A stretch of 64,000 bases of DNA from IMG/VR virus record IMGVR_UViG_3300021400_000128, positions 1 to 64,000 of that record. One strand, given 5' to 3'. The translations under genes and the position numbers were made by a program. This stretch comes from a virus. Lineage: Duplodnaviria; Caudoviricetes. The notes beneath the pieces are model-generated. The model made no database searches. It saw only the letters and a list, made by a program, of their open reading frames with translations, and had not been told where the DNA came from. This document shows, one piece after another, positions 9,195-18,102 of this stretch. How positions within the stretch are numbered: position 1 is the first letter of the stretch; each line of letters begins with the position of its first letter.

Positions 9195-9620
9195 TTACGA
9201 ACGTTCTTTATTGAAAATTTCCGTTAATTTTTCAATTGCGTTTTTGCAAGTCTCCGATTCCTTTTTCATTTCAAGGTATTCCAGTTTCTTTTGAAGGATT
9301 TCAAGCATTTCGATGAATTGCCTGTTTGCGAAAGCGATACCTGTTTGTGCGTACACAAGCACATCGTCAGCCGCATCATCGTAATCTTTTTCCTGTTCAA
9401 TCAAATAGTCATAAAACATTTTGCAGATGGTCGCCACGGAGAATCCCATATCCTCAATAACATTGTCTGTCGTATTCGCCATTCCTGACTGAACCAAGCC
9501 GTCCCCGATATTGTGTGAAACGACATATGCCAATGTCAAGCCTTTTTCATGAGCCAATGTTTCAAGCTCTTGAGTAAATTGAGCAACCTTTCTATCAGCT
9601 TCTTCTTGCGTCATTTTCAT
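9195..9620 (-). CDS. hypothetical protein
   Basis: ORF starting MKMTQEE after AAGGA. Confidence 0.65.
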   Translation of the reverse strand: MKMTQEEADRKVAQFTQELETLAHEKGLTLAYVVSHNIGDGLVQSGMANTTDNVIEDMGFSVATICKMFYDYLIEQEKDYDDAADDVLVYAQTGIAFANRQFIEMLEILQKKLEYLEMKKESETCKNAIEKLTEIFNKERS

Positions 9621-9859
9621 ATTCCTTCTTGTTGTAAAACATCTCGCATAAACTGTTAGCATCTGTTTTTAAGTTGCACTGTGGCTCATTGTAGGCTATC
9701 TCCGGCATCCGACAGAGACCATCAGTCCAATAATCGCAATCAGAGCATTTGTTATCTAACCAACTACTCATTTACGCCACCGATAAAATAACAATAAAAA
9801 AATCGAAACAAGACACCAGAGCAGAGCGATCAAAGTTGAAATTTTCAAATCGTTCCATA

Positions 9860-10084
9860 TCATTCCGTAAAATATCCTCTGGAATCAAAAGCAAGCGTTT
9901 TATCAGAAGCGAAATTAACAAGCAGTCGATATGGATATTCCTCATTTTGCCGGTACACAGCTTCAACATTACCGATAACAGGGATATGAAATGCTTCACA
10001 CGCCTCGGCTTCCTGCGCCGTACTGTAATGAGTGTGACAAAGTTCACATTCGTATGTAACACGTTCGATCATCAACTCCTCCAC
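9860..10084 (-). CDS. hypothetical zinc-finger-like protein
   Basis: Y.CELC....Y.T..EA..CE..H motif. Confidence 0.55.
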   Translation of the reverse strand: MEELMIERVTYECELCHTHYSTAQEAEACEAFHIPVIGNVEAVYRQNEEYPYRLLVNFASDKTLAFDSRGYFTE

Positions 10085-10154
10085 AATGCGACAACCAGCA
10101 GCACAAGAACGATAAGCAAGAGAATAAGCCCTGAATCTGCAATGATTTCCACAA

Positions 10155-10970
10155 TTATTTCTTTCCTAAGAATTTGTTGACAAAGTAAATCTGCCCTTTC
10201 GGGAGGATTTTCGGTGTTTTATTGATTCTTACTGATCCATCAGATAAAACCTGCGTTGATTCTTTGATTTCAAATAATCCCATTTCCATTGACTTCTGTG
10301 TAGGCAGGTTCTTTGATGATCCATTCTGCATAAGATATCCGTTTCCACGGAGCCAATCGAAAAACCGATTCTGTCCCATGTTAACGCCGTTCTGTTTGAG
10401 GATTTTTGCCATTTCACCAACAAGGATACTTGTCTTTGAAGCGCTTACCGCATCCGCAAACTGCACTTTCGGGAGCATTTTAGCATTTTCTTTTTCAAGG
10501 CGTACTGTCTCTGCTTGCGCAAGCTTCCGCATTTCTCGTTCTTCTTTGAGTTCTGTGATGATTCGGATCATCAGGTCAGGGTTGTCCAGAAGCTCGTCTG
10601 CTGCATACATCCCATGTTTACGGATAGAAGGGATAACTTCATGCGCAATCCAACGCTTAAATTGTTTTGCTTCTTTATTTCTGCTTCCAAGCACCAGAGT
10701 ATATAATCCTGGTTCATTCACAAAAGACATATAAGATTTTCCTGTTGCAGCACTATCATTTGAAATGAGAGTGGTCTTTTTCTCGTCGTCATCAAGTCTT
10801 GTTAATGCTTGTGATGGATTTCCGATTTCTAATGCCTTGCAAACATCTGATGCCACAAACCACGGTTCGCCGTCAACAATAAATGTCCGCACCTTTCCGA
10901 ATTCAGAAACAAACGTCCTAACTTTACCGAATTCAGGATTTTCAAAAATTGTAATTTCGTTATTCATCAT
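10155..10970 (-). CDS. phage antirepressor (BRO-N + ANT/KilAC)
   Basis: N-terminal FENPEFG.VRT..GEPWFVASDVCKAL..VNEPGLY..AKQFKRWI..EVIPSIRKHG; C-terminal FADAVSAS..ILVGE.AK..GQNR.F.WLR..PTQKSME.GLF. Confidence 0.9.
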   Translation of the reverse strand: MMNNEITIFENPEFGKVRTFVSEFGKVRTFIVDGEPWFVASDVCKALEIGNPSQALTRLDDDEKKTTLISNDSAATGKSYMSFVNEPGLYTLVLGSRNKEAKQFKRWIAHEVIPSIRKHGMYAADELLDNPDLMIRIITELKEEREMRKLAQAETVRLEKENAKMLPKVQFADAVSASKTSILVGEMAKILKQNGVNMGQNRFFDWLRGNGYLMQNGSSKNLPTQKSMEMGLFEIKESTQVLSDGSVRINKTPKILPKGQIYFVNKFLGKK

Positions 10971-11167
10971 TCCATTTCCTCGTCGAGCCATTCCTCAAAT
11001 TGCTGCCAGCATTGATCATACGTATCAGATGTACATTTATATTTTCCGAATCGATCAGGCTTATACATAACACATTCAAGACAGGTTGTGTGAAAAAACA
11101 ATTTTCCAAATAACCTGAAAACTGCGTCTTCTTTACTAATTTCGTCTAACCATTGTCTATGCGTCAT
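10967..11167 (-). CDS. hypothetical Cys-rich protein
   Basis: 66 aa; C..C, C, C..F..WL pattern. Confidence 0.55.
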   Translation of the reverse strand: MTHRQWLDEISKEDAVFRLFGKLFFHTTCLECVMYKPDRFGKYKCTSDTYDQCWQQFEEWLDEEME

Positions 11168-11193
11168 AATTCGTTAAAAGTGCTGTTTGACGG

Positions 11194-11372
11194 TTGACAC
11201 TCCCCATGCCTAAAGGCAGGAGATTCTTAAGAAGGTTGCTAAGATAGCCTTATTCTTAAAGGGCTTGCCAAAAGCCCGCTACCCAGTCTTTCAAAATTGA
11301 AATTCTGTTTACATTTCCGTTACCGCCTTATATCCCCATAACTGAAGCAAGGGGTTTTACGGCTGTTTTCAG
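11194..11372 (-). mobile_element. non-autonomous IS200/IS605-family miniature element (PATE/MITE), no tnpA/tnpB
   Basis: Left end hairpin GCCGTAAAACCCCTTGCTTCAGTTATGGGGATATAAGGC preceded by TTAT; right end GAATCTCCTGCCTTTAGGCATGGGGAGTGTCAA ending in TCAA; 179 bp with no transposase ORF. Confidence 0.8.
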
Positions 11373-11401
11373 ATAACCGATTACATAGAATCGAATTTAT
11401 C

Positions 11402-11557
11402 CTAAAATGCTATTTCGTCTGTATCTTCGTTGAGGATTTCCGGCTCTTTTCTCAGTCCGCCGAGTTCAGAAATATCGTGATAATTGCCATTTTCATCAAA
11501 CCAGTCATCCTCAACCCATTCATCAGGCTGCGCACCCCAAGACCATTCAAATGCCAT
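11402..11557 (-). CDS. small acidic Trp-rich protein (not in the ORF track)
   Basis: ACGGAGG RBS, then MAFEWSWGAQPDEWVEDDWFDENG...EIAF (51 aa), directly behind a class A promoter. Confidence 0.65.
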   Translation of the reverse strand: MAFEWSWGAQPDEWVEDDWFDENGNYHDISELGGLRKEPEILNEDTDEIAF

Positions 11558-11595
11558 GGTAAACCTCCGTTTTTTCAAACTATTTATTTGTCATT

Positions 11596-11662
11596 CAACT
11601 TACATTATTTATTATATATGTTTTTTATTATTTGTCAATGTTTCTATTTTATTTTTATGATT
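11596..11662 (-). promoter_or_regulatory. class A sigma70 promoter cassette
   Basis: TTGACA(11638-11633)-16 bp-TATAAT(11616-11611), followed by TGTAAGTTGA leader. Confidence 0.75.
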
Positions 11663-11697
11663 GTATTCTTGTTTTTTTCTGCATTATTATTCAAACA

Positions 11698-12639
11698 TTA
11701 AAATAGCTTTTCTTGATACGGTCTAAGTGGCGTCCGGTAATCGTTATCCACACAGTACAAAACTTCTCTGCGATACACGTTATTCGTCTGAGCAGCAAGG
11801 GTTACTTGCTTATCAGTCTCCCACACAACACCACCGAGACTGTATGAGCTGAAATAGACAGGATAGGGTCTGCTGATCGCCCAATTATAAAAAGCCCCGC
11901 TGTCAAAAATCTGACCATAATCATTTGCTATGTTTTCATAAATATTCTGGTATGGAATATCACAGTAAACCACATCACCATCCTGGTATTTGTAGTCACG
12001 GTAATCCATACAGGTCATTTGCAGACATTGCTGCCGATCTAAATTTTCAAGCTTCTGGATTCTCTCAAGACGTTCAAGGTGATCCATTTTTGACAGAGCT
12101 TGAAGTTTTTTTGCGTCCGGGTTATCCGGGTTTGCTTCAAGCTCTGCTTTGCATGTTTGGTTTAGCTCTATTCTCCGTCCTTTGATGGTATCAATCACAT
12201 TTTCAAGATTCAGATATTTCAAATCTGATATCGGTGTTCCGCTAACACAGAAATCATGTCCCTGGTGTTTATATTCTTCAATATCTTTACCATAAAGATA
12301 CGATTTGCCATCATTACCGAAGCTCCAGCAGGTCTTAATATAACCATCCGTATCTTTCAAACGCAAGAAGTCATCACGGCTGATCCATTGCGGTTTGAAA
12401 TTTTTGTAATTATATTTTCCGTCAATAGCATCCTGAATCACTTTCGGCAGCAGCGGGTTAATATCGTTGTACACAACCTGTTTCCACTTGTAAGACAGCA
12501 GCGCACAATGACTGATTGCGAATCCACCGCCGAAAAGGTCTATAAAACGCTTTCCTGACGGTAAATGAGCGATAATATCTTCTGCAATGCTTGACTTGCT
12601 GCCCTGGTAAGGTATGCCGTATGTAGCCATTAAATCCAT
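11698..12639 (-). CDS. DNA adenine methyltransferase, D12/Dam-like
   Basis: PYQGSK, DLFGGG (SAM-binding), YNDIN and YCDIPY (motif IV variant). Confidence 0.75.
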   Translation of the reverse strand: MDLMATYGIPYQGSKSSIAEDIIAHLPSGKRFIDLFGGGFAISHCALLSYKWKQVVYNDINPLLPKVIQDAIDGKYNYKNFKPQWISRDDFLRLKDTDGYIKTCWSFGNDGKSYLYGKDIEEYKHQGHDFCVSGTPISDLKYLNLENVIDTIKGRRIELNQTCKAELEANPDNPDAKKLQALSKMDHLERLERIQKLENLDRQQCLQMTCMDYRDYKYQDGDVVYCDIPYQNIYENIANDYGQIFDSGAFYNWAISRPYPVYFSSYSLGGVVWETDKQVTLAAQTNNVYRREVLYCVDNDYRTPLRPYQEKLF

Positions 12640-13045
12640 CCTCTGGTAATGATGATTGCTTCGGAATCATGGAGGAGCTTCTGTCGGCACTTTCTACCAC
12701 CGAATTTCGAATATGGACATAGCAAACAATCATGATCGCCAAGACAGCATTTCAATCCTTCGAGCACGATTTTTGATTTGATGATATCGCTCACTTTGTC
12801 TCTTCCTTCTTTTCTTCAAACATGTAGCAATACATATCATCATCAACTTTGCGCCAAGCTTTGTTTCCTTCACTCCACAATGGAATCAGGCACATTCCAT
12901 TGATTTTATATTTACAGTTTTGACATTTTTGTTCCATCTTTTTATCCTTTAATTGATTAAATAAAGATCTCCAAATTTGTCCGGCACTTATTTACTTGAT
13001 GTTAAATTGTTTACAGGGGATTCAAAAAGCCGAAAAAAAAAATTG

Positions 13046-13639
13046 TTATTTATTTTTACTGAATTTAGCAGTCTCAACCGTCATTGCGCCATTGTATCGG
13101 CTGCTTCTCGATTCATCGCTGTACACCCTTTGCGGTGTTTCCCCGAGCTTGTAACAAATCATCTGAACGATTCTTGCGCCAACCGGGATACGGATCGTAT
13201 GTACGCCGTCATTCTTCAATTCAAGTGTCAATCTTCCATGAAATCCGGCATCCACAACACCAGCCATCATGTGGTTTATAAACATCCTGCCGAGTGTAGA
13301 CTTTGTAAATATCTGTCCGCAGATATCATCCGGCATCGTCACAAATTCCTGGGTAACACCGAGGAGACACTCATTAGGGCGCAGTGTAATATACCCATCA
13401 TCGGATTGGTAATCAGTCCAATAAGCCAAATCGTATAATTTCCGCTCTTCTTCGCACGAAAAGCCATACATAACATCGTTGTTGATTGTATTTGGGCGTT
13501 TGAAATCTTTTGAAATCGTCAGGTCAATTGAATTTGGATTCACCTGGTTTATTAGATCTTCTTTTGTAACGCCGTCAGATTTTTCAAAATCAAACATTGA
13601 ATCTATACGCATAATTATTTGGTTATCTGTTAAAATCAT
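13046..13639 (-). CDS. dcd: dCTP deaminase
   Basis: MILTD, QVNPNSIDL, KSTLGR, AG.VDAGF.G.LTLE, G.RI.Q and RY motifs. Confidence 0.85.
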   Translation of the reverse strand: MILTDNQIIMRIDSMFDFEKSDGVTKEDLINQVNPNSIDLTISKDFKRPNTINNDVMYGFSCEEERKLYDLAYWTDYQSDDGYITLRPNECLLGVTQEFVTMPDDICGQIFTKSTLGRMFINHMMAGVVDAGFHGRLTLELKNDGVHTIRIPVGARIVQMICYKLGETPQRVYSDESRSSRYNGAMTVETAKFSKNK

Positions 13640-13908
13640 TTTGAAATTCCTTCCGTAATGAGATGATAATTCTGATGAAACGCAGGTCTTTGAGTTAACC
13701 TGAATTGTCCGTTTTCATACTGATCCAGTTCTTTGAGTTTCCTGTCAATTATCCTGGTAATTGCTGTGGGTGTCATTTGTGGTTGGAATCTGTCACAAAG
13801 TCCATAAGGCGATACAATCTCCTTCATACACTCCAGTTTTCCGTTCTTATAGGCTACCACGTGACCGCAATTTTTACAGCAATGTCTCTTTTTGTTTAAA
13901 GATTGCAC
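13636..13908 (-). CDS. hypothetical Cys-rich protein
   Basis: CKNC..C..V.P...CDRF; coupled ORF. Confidence 0.6.
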   Translation of the reverse strand: MQSLNKKRHCCKNCGHVVAYKNGKLECMKEIVSPYGLCDRFQPQMTPTAITRIIDRKLKELDQYENGQFRLTQRPAFHQNYHLITEGISK

Positions 13909-14162
13909 TCTAATACCTCCCCCGTCGGTTTAAAAACTAAATAATTTCTCAATTCTCTTGATAAACGCATTTCACAAACCGAATCCATCATCGCATCAGT
14001 CATTTCCAAGGCAACATTTTTTCCGTATTTTTTTGCGATCCTGGAATGAAATATCTGTCCGCGTTTTGCTGAACGTGCATCATTCAAATGCTCTGCCATT
14101 GCGGAAACGATATTCTGATATTCCGTGATTTCGTCATTCGTCATACTTGCTATATTGAACAT
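13896..14162 (-). CDS. hypothetical protein
   Basis: 88-aa coupled ORF. Confidence 0.6.
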   Translation of the reverse strand: MFNIASMTNDEITEYQNIVSAMAEHLNDARSAKRGQIFHSRIAKKYGKNVALEMTDAMMDSVCEMRLSRELRNYLVFKPTGEVLECNL

Positions 14163-14331
14163 TGTCTGTAACCCCTAACTTTGCAATCAGCCGCTGCATA
14201 GCTGCCTTCACATCATTTTCTGTCCATCCATCGTCATAATCTTCCGGTACTTCCTCGAAATCCTGTGTTTGTACCTCTGGGATAACCGGAGTTCGCTTCA
14301 TTCTCAGATATTCAGATATTGGTCTGCTCAT
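14134..14331 (-). CDS. hypothetical acidic protein
   Basis: Likely start MSRPISE at the ATGA overlap. Confidence 0.55.
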   Translation of the reverse strand: MSRPISEYLRMKRTPVIPEVQTQDFEEVPEDYDDGWTENDVKAAMQRLIAKLGVTDNVQYSKYDE

Positions 14332-14594
14332 TTGCACATCACCCAAAGCTTTCCAAGTAAGGCCCCTGCGACCTTGCTTCCGTAACGCTCCGTCATTTCA
14401 TCAAGAAAATTATGCTCCGCAAGGTATATTGTTTCTCGATTTTTCGTTTTACTGATATTAACCTTCAACTCTTTCAACCAGTCAATATCCTCTTCCAGCA
14501 CCCAAGCGTCTGTATCGGTCTGTCTTACTTGAGACCAATCATTGACCTTGTGAATATTCAGCGGTATTTTTTCTTCAGTTACTTTTTCTGACAT
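14328..14594 (-). CDS. hypothetical protein
   Basis: 88 aa; AAGGAG RBS. Confidence 0.6.
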   Translation of the reverse strand: MSEKVTEEKIPLNIHKVNDWSQVRQTDTDAWVLEEDIDWLKELKVNISKTKNRETIYLAEHNFLDEMTERYGSKVAGALLGKLWVMCK

Positions 14595-14621
14595 ATTAAT
14601 CAGCTCCTTTTAAATCATTCA

Positions 14622-15347
14622 TTACGCAGCAGGCTCTTTTTTTAATTGCGCCATAATAGCTTTTCGTCTTTCCGCTGCTTTATCCGGATCGTATTCAGCT
14701 TTCATACCTTTCGTTGTTAACCCAATGCCGTACTTTTCACGGTAATACTCTTCCGCTTTTATCTGTCTGGCATCATATTCTTCCCATGTTTCAGGTCGTG
14801 ACGGTTCAGGTAGAGCCGATGTATCAGGTGCGGCAATTCGCCAATCTTCATTCTGCTGAATCTGCGGTGGCAGAGCGTAATACTCAGCTTCACGTTGTGC
14901 AAGTTCCCGGTACGAAGAACGGATCATAGATGCCACAACTGTCTGAAATTGAGCTGTTTCCACGACACGCCAATCACGGAGCTGTTTTGGTGTTCCGACA
15001 AGTTTTTGAAGAATCGGAGGCAAAAGTTGAAATTGCTTCAGCGCATCGTCTTTACCGTAAGCTTTTTCAACGGCGTTGCTGATTTTCTGAAAAGCTTCCA
15101 TCTCTGTCATCTGCCCACTCATTTTGCTTCTTGCCATTTGATGTCGAATGTCCGCAATAGTAGGCTTGTAGCTCATCAAGTTGATTGTGTTTACAATTCC
15201 CTGCATCACTAAAGCAGGATCGTCGTTTTTGAACATCACAGACCATGTCTTCAGCACTGAATCTTTGTCGACACCGTCATAAAATTTTTGACCGTAATTA
15301 CTTTCAAGAAGCATGAGCATCTCACCAATATTTTTCAAAGTCATCAT
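14622..15347 (-). CDS. replicative helicase loader/inhibitor (G39P-like N-terminus)
   Basis: Position after the initiator; L...Y...., W..MF.., PTIADIR motif. Confidence 0.65.
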   Translation of the reverse strand: MMTLKNIGEMLMLLESNYGQKFYDGVDKDSVLKTWSVMFKNDDPALVMQGIVNTINLMSYKPTIADIRHQMARSKMSGQMTEMEAFQKISNAVEKAYGKDDALKQFQLLPPILQKLVGTPKQLRDWRVVETAQFQTVVASMIRSSYRELAQREAEYYALPPQIQQNEDWRIAAPDTSALPEPSRPETWEEYDARQIKAEEYYREKYGIGLTTKGMKAEYDPDKAAERRKAIMAQLKKEPAA

Positions 15348-16258
15348 AGGTCAATCACATCCCCTGCTTCTAAAAAATTCTCATTCATCTCTGCTGATAG
15401 CCGTTCAGCTCTTTCGATCCAGGTTTCTTCTTTGGGTTTTATTTTTTGGCGTTGAACTTGTAGTTTCTCGACACCATCACGGTTCGCCCAATTTTGCAAA
15501 GTCAGATTGTGATTTCGTTTAGCGTACTCTTTTCTTCGCTTACCGCTTTCGTCGATTTCGATGTACGTGTCTAAACTCCGAATCAGTTCATCCGCAGCTT
15601 GAGATCCATATTTTTCACAAAGTCCGTTGTATTCATCTTCACTTAATTTCACATTTTCAAAATTTCCAAAAGTTTTCAAATTACCACGTTTGGATTTTTT
15701 TTGCGTGACGGATGACGCGTTAGCGTCACATTCACTCTTTTCTTTTTCTTCTCTCTTCTTTTCTTCTCTTATCTTTTCTTTATCTTCTTCTTTTTCTTCT
15801 TCTTTTTCTAACGTGACGATTTTTTGCTTTGCGTCACATTGAATTTCCGTATCGTCACGTGACGGTTGCGTGACGGTCGTCACGTTGTTGCGTGACGGTT
15901 GCGTGACGGTCGTCACGTTATCATGTGACAGTTTATTGTTGTCTCGATATTTTTTAGAACGCTCTGCGTCACTCATGTTTGCATTTTGTCTCTTTTCAAA
16001 ATTCGTGACGATAATTACATCGTCTTCATTTTGGTAAAGCAATCCGGCATCGATTAAGTTGCGAAGAGATTTCTTGATTTCGGATTCTTTCATGTATAAT
16101 TCGAGAGAAATATCCTCAATAGAAGGTAAGGCTCCTTCTAAATCTTCATATCCGGCAAGCAAAACTAACTTGAAAAACACAAGCTGATCTCGCTCTGAAA
16201 GCTTCCTGATTTTTCTGTCATGCAGTGATTCTGTATAAAATTTGACCCAACTTTTCAT
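15344..16258 (-). CDS. phage replication initiator / replisome organizer
   Basis: N-terminal WVKF....D.KIRKL..LVLLAG winged-helix-like region, AERSKKYR, EK-rich linker, internal iterons, C-terminal FENVKLS.DEY domain. Confidence 0.8.
   Translation of the reverse strand: MKSWVKFYTESLHDRKIRKLSERDQLVFFKLVLLAGYEDLEGALPSIEDISLELYMKESEIKKSLRNLIDAGLLYQNEDDVIIVTNFEKRQNANMSDAERSKKYRDNNKLSHDNVTTVTQPSRNNVTTVTQPSRDDTEIQCDAKQKIVTLEKEEEKEEDKEKIREEKKREEKEKSECDANASSVTQKKSKRGNLKTFGNFENVKLSEDEYNGLCEKYGSQAADELIRSLDTYIEIDESGKRRKEYAKRNHNLTLQNWANRDGVEKLQVQRQKIKPKEETWIERAERLSAEMNENFLEAGDVIDL
15703..15930. repeat. putative origin-of-replication iterons
   Basis: Multiple CGTGAC/GTCACG units, including a tandem duplication of CGTGACGGTTGCGTGACGGTCGTCACGTT, inside the initiator gene next to a T-rich pyrimidine tract. 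Confidence 0.7.
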
Positions 16259-16617
16259 CGATGAAGCACCTGACTTTCAATTTGATTTTTAGAATTTTCA
16301 ATTCCGCTGCCGGAATTTTCATTGGAATTTTCTCCAGGTTTTTCAGAATTTTTATTTTGATTTTGATTGTTTTCTGTCCAACTTTCATCAGAATTTTCTG
16401 AATTTTCGTTAGTGGTTTCTGAATTATCTGAACCATTTTCTGTCGGTTCATGTTCAATTTCATTGTCTTCCGGATAAAATTCTTTGAAAATTTCTATCAT
16501 TTTTTCAACATCATTACTGTCGACAACATCTAAAAATTGGTAAATTTTTCTGAAAAGCGAATCGGAAACCTCTTCGTTGCTCAAAAGTTTTTGCATAATG
16601 ACATGTTTGTTCATCAA
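16255..16617 (-). CDS. hypothetical protein with N/E/S low-complexity tail
   Basis: AGGAG RBS; coupled to the initiator. Confidence 0.6.
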   Translation of the reverse strand: MMNKHVIMQKLLSNEEVSDSLFRKIYQFLDVVDSNDVEKMIEIFKEFYPEDNEIEHEPTENGSDNSETTNENSENSDESWTENNQNQNKNSEKPGENSNENSGSGIENSKNQIESQVLHR

Positions 16618-16626
16618 AAAACTCCT

Positions 16627-17433
16627 TTAATTTTTAGAATTTTTTTGTAAGTTTTGTTCTTCCAGATAATCAAAAAAGGTCTTCGGCTGATCTTCAAAAT
16701 TCAACATTTCATTAACCGCTCGGTTATAAAAATCTTTGTAAACTTCAAATCCAAAAGCATTTCGGCCAAGATCATGCGCTGCCCGCAGTGTAGAGCCGCT
16801 GCCGGCACATGGATCGATAACAACATCACCTTTATCTGTAAAGATAGATATGAGCTTCTGTAATACTTTTATGGGTTTCTGTGTGGGATGAATGCGCGGA
16901 ATGTTTGCTCCGTCCTTCTGCCATTCAAACCAGTTCAGGATCATGTGCCCATTGTTGTTGAATTTCGGCAGCTTGTCTCGGTAAAGCACTAAGGCGTATT
17001 CCGTGGCACCGCATATTCGCATATTGGCTTTTAATACCTGGGGCGATGTATGTTTCACAAATACCAACGGGATGTAGTTTACAAATCCATGCTTCTTCGC
17101 ATTCTCGATCACCATCTGCTGTTGTTGGTAAGAGCAGAAAACGATCATGCAAGGACTTTTTCCACGCTCTTTAGGTTCTTTGATTAACAGCTTGCTGCAA
17201 AAGTGGAAGTATTCCGCAAGGTTGAAGTTGTAATCAGTAAAGAATGCAGCTTTTCCTGCTTTATCGCTTTCTCCGTTCTTGTTATCACCATCAACATACC
17301 ATTGAGGATTAGAACCATAGAAATTTCGTCCTATACTATACGGAATGTCGCAAATAACTAATTGTGCTTTTGGAATGTGATATCCGCGAAAATTTTGGTA
17401 ACTGTCATGGTATAGTTCGCACTTCAACGTCAC
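16627..17433 (-). CDS. site-specific DNA methyltransferase (N6-A/N4-C, beta class)
   Basis: AQLVICDIPY, HPTQKP and VIDPCAGSGST motifs. Confidence 0.85.
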   Translation of the reverse strand: MTLKCELYHDSYQNFRGYHIPKAQLVICDIPYSIGRNFYGSNPQWYVDGDNKNGESDKAGKAAFFTDYNFNLAEYFHFCSKLLIKEPKERGKSPCMIVFCSYQQQQMVIENAKKHGFVNYIPLVFVKHTSPQVLKANMRICGATEYALVLYRDKLPKFNNNGHMILNWFEWQKDGANIPRIHPTQKPIKVLQKLISIFTDKGDVVIDPCAGSGSTLRAAHDLGRNAFGFEVYKDFYNRAVNEMLNFEDQPKTFFDYLEEQNLQKNSKN

Positions 17434-17519
17434 TTATACATCTCCTAAAGGTTTTTAAAATTTTTGAGCATTCTGCTTCCAAAATGCTCAAAGAAATCAA
17501 AAAATCAGATCTGTTTTTT

Positions 17520-18068
17520 TTATGCGGCTTTTGTACCTGTAGCCATGATACAAATGTTACCGGCAATTACTTCGTGTGCCGCAGAGAGGAGCATTTGAAC
17601 AAGGTTATTGTTCTTTTCTTCAATTGATTCACCATTCACATTGCTGTGAATTTCAAGACCTTCACCGATTTTCTTGATCGTTACATAGGATTCCGGAATT
17701 TTGATCGGCATCTGGAGCGGCTCCGTAACCTTTGATTCCGTCGGGTTTTCGATTTCCTTCACGCCAGCATAAAAGGTGTATCGGTTTTCTTCTTTTACAC
17801 TCCATGCCTTTTGAAGATAATTATTGACACCCGTCTTACTGATGATATAGACAAGCATCTTGCGCTCTGCATCGAATATCTGAGCATGGTTTTTCGGATC
17901 TTTGTATTGACCAAGGATGTTATGTTGATTCCTTCCGGTCAGTACCTTTTCAATATGCTTTCTGTCAAACCACAGCCGATTTCCACGTTTGTAGTAAGTG
18001 ACATCCACCTCACCCATCCGGCATACACCGGACGGGGAGAGTGTTTCATAATTCTTGTTGGTGCTCAT
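17520..18068 (-). CDS. putative DNA-binding protein (divergent BRO-like)
   Basis: WF..K.IEKVL and IISK.GV..YL resemble BRO-N; weak similarity. Confidence 0.45.
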   Translation of the reverse strand: MSTNKNYETLSPSGVCRMGEVDVTYYKRGNRLWFDRKHIEKVLTGRNQHNILGQYKDPKNHAQIFDAERKMLVYIISKTGVNNYLQKAWSVKEENRYTFYAGVKEIENPTESKVTEPLQMPIKIPESYVTIKKIGEGLEIHSNVNGESIEEKNNNLVQMLLSAAHEVIAGNICIMATGTKAA

Positions 18069-18102
18069 TTTGGCAAATCCTTTATTCAAATTGTCACAAT
18101 TC

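Noticed and set aside
11220-11237. Miniature IS element as antisense regulator of class B leaders (contains CCTTCTTA)
   Set aside because: Only 8 nt of complementarity, within a typical IS right-end region; likely chance.
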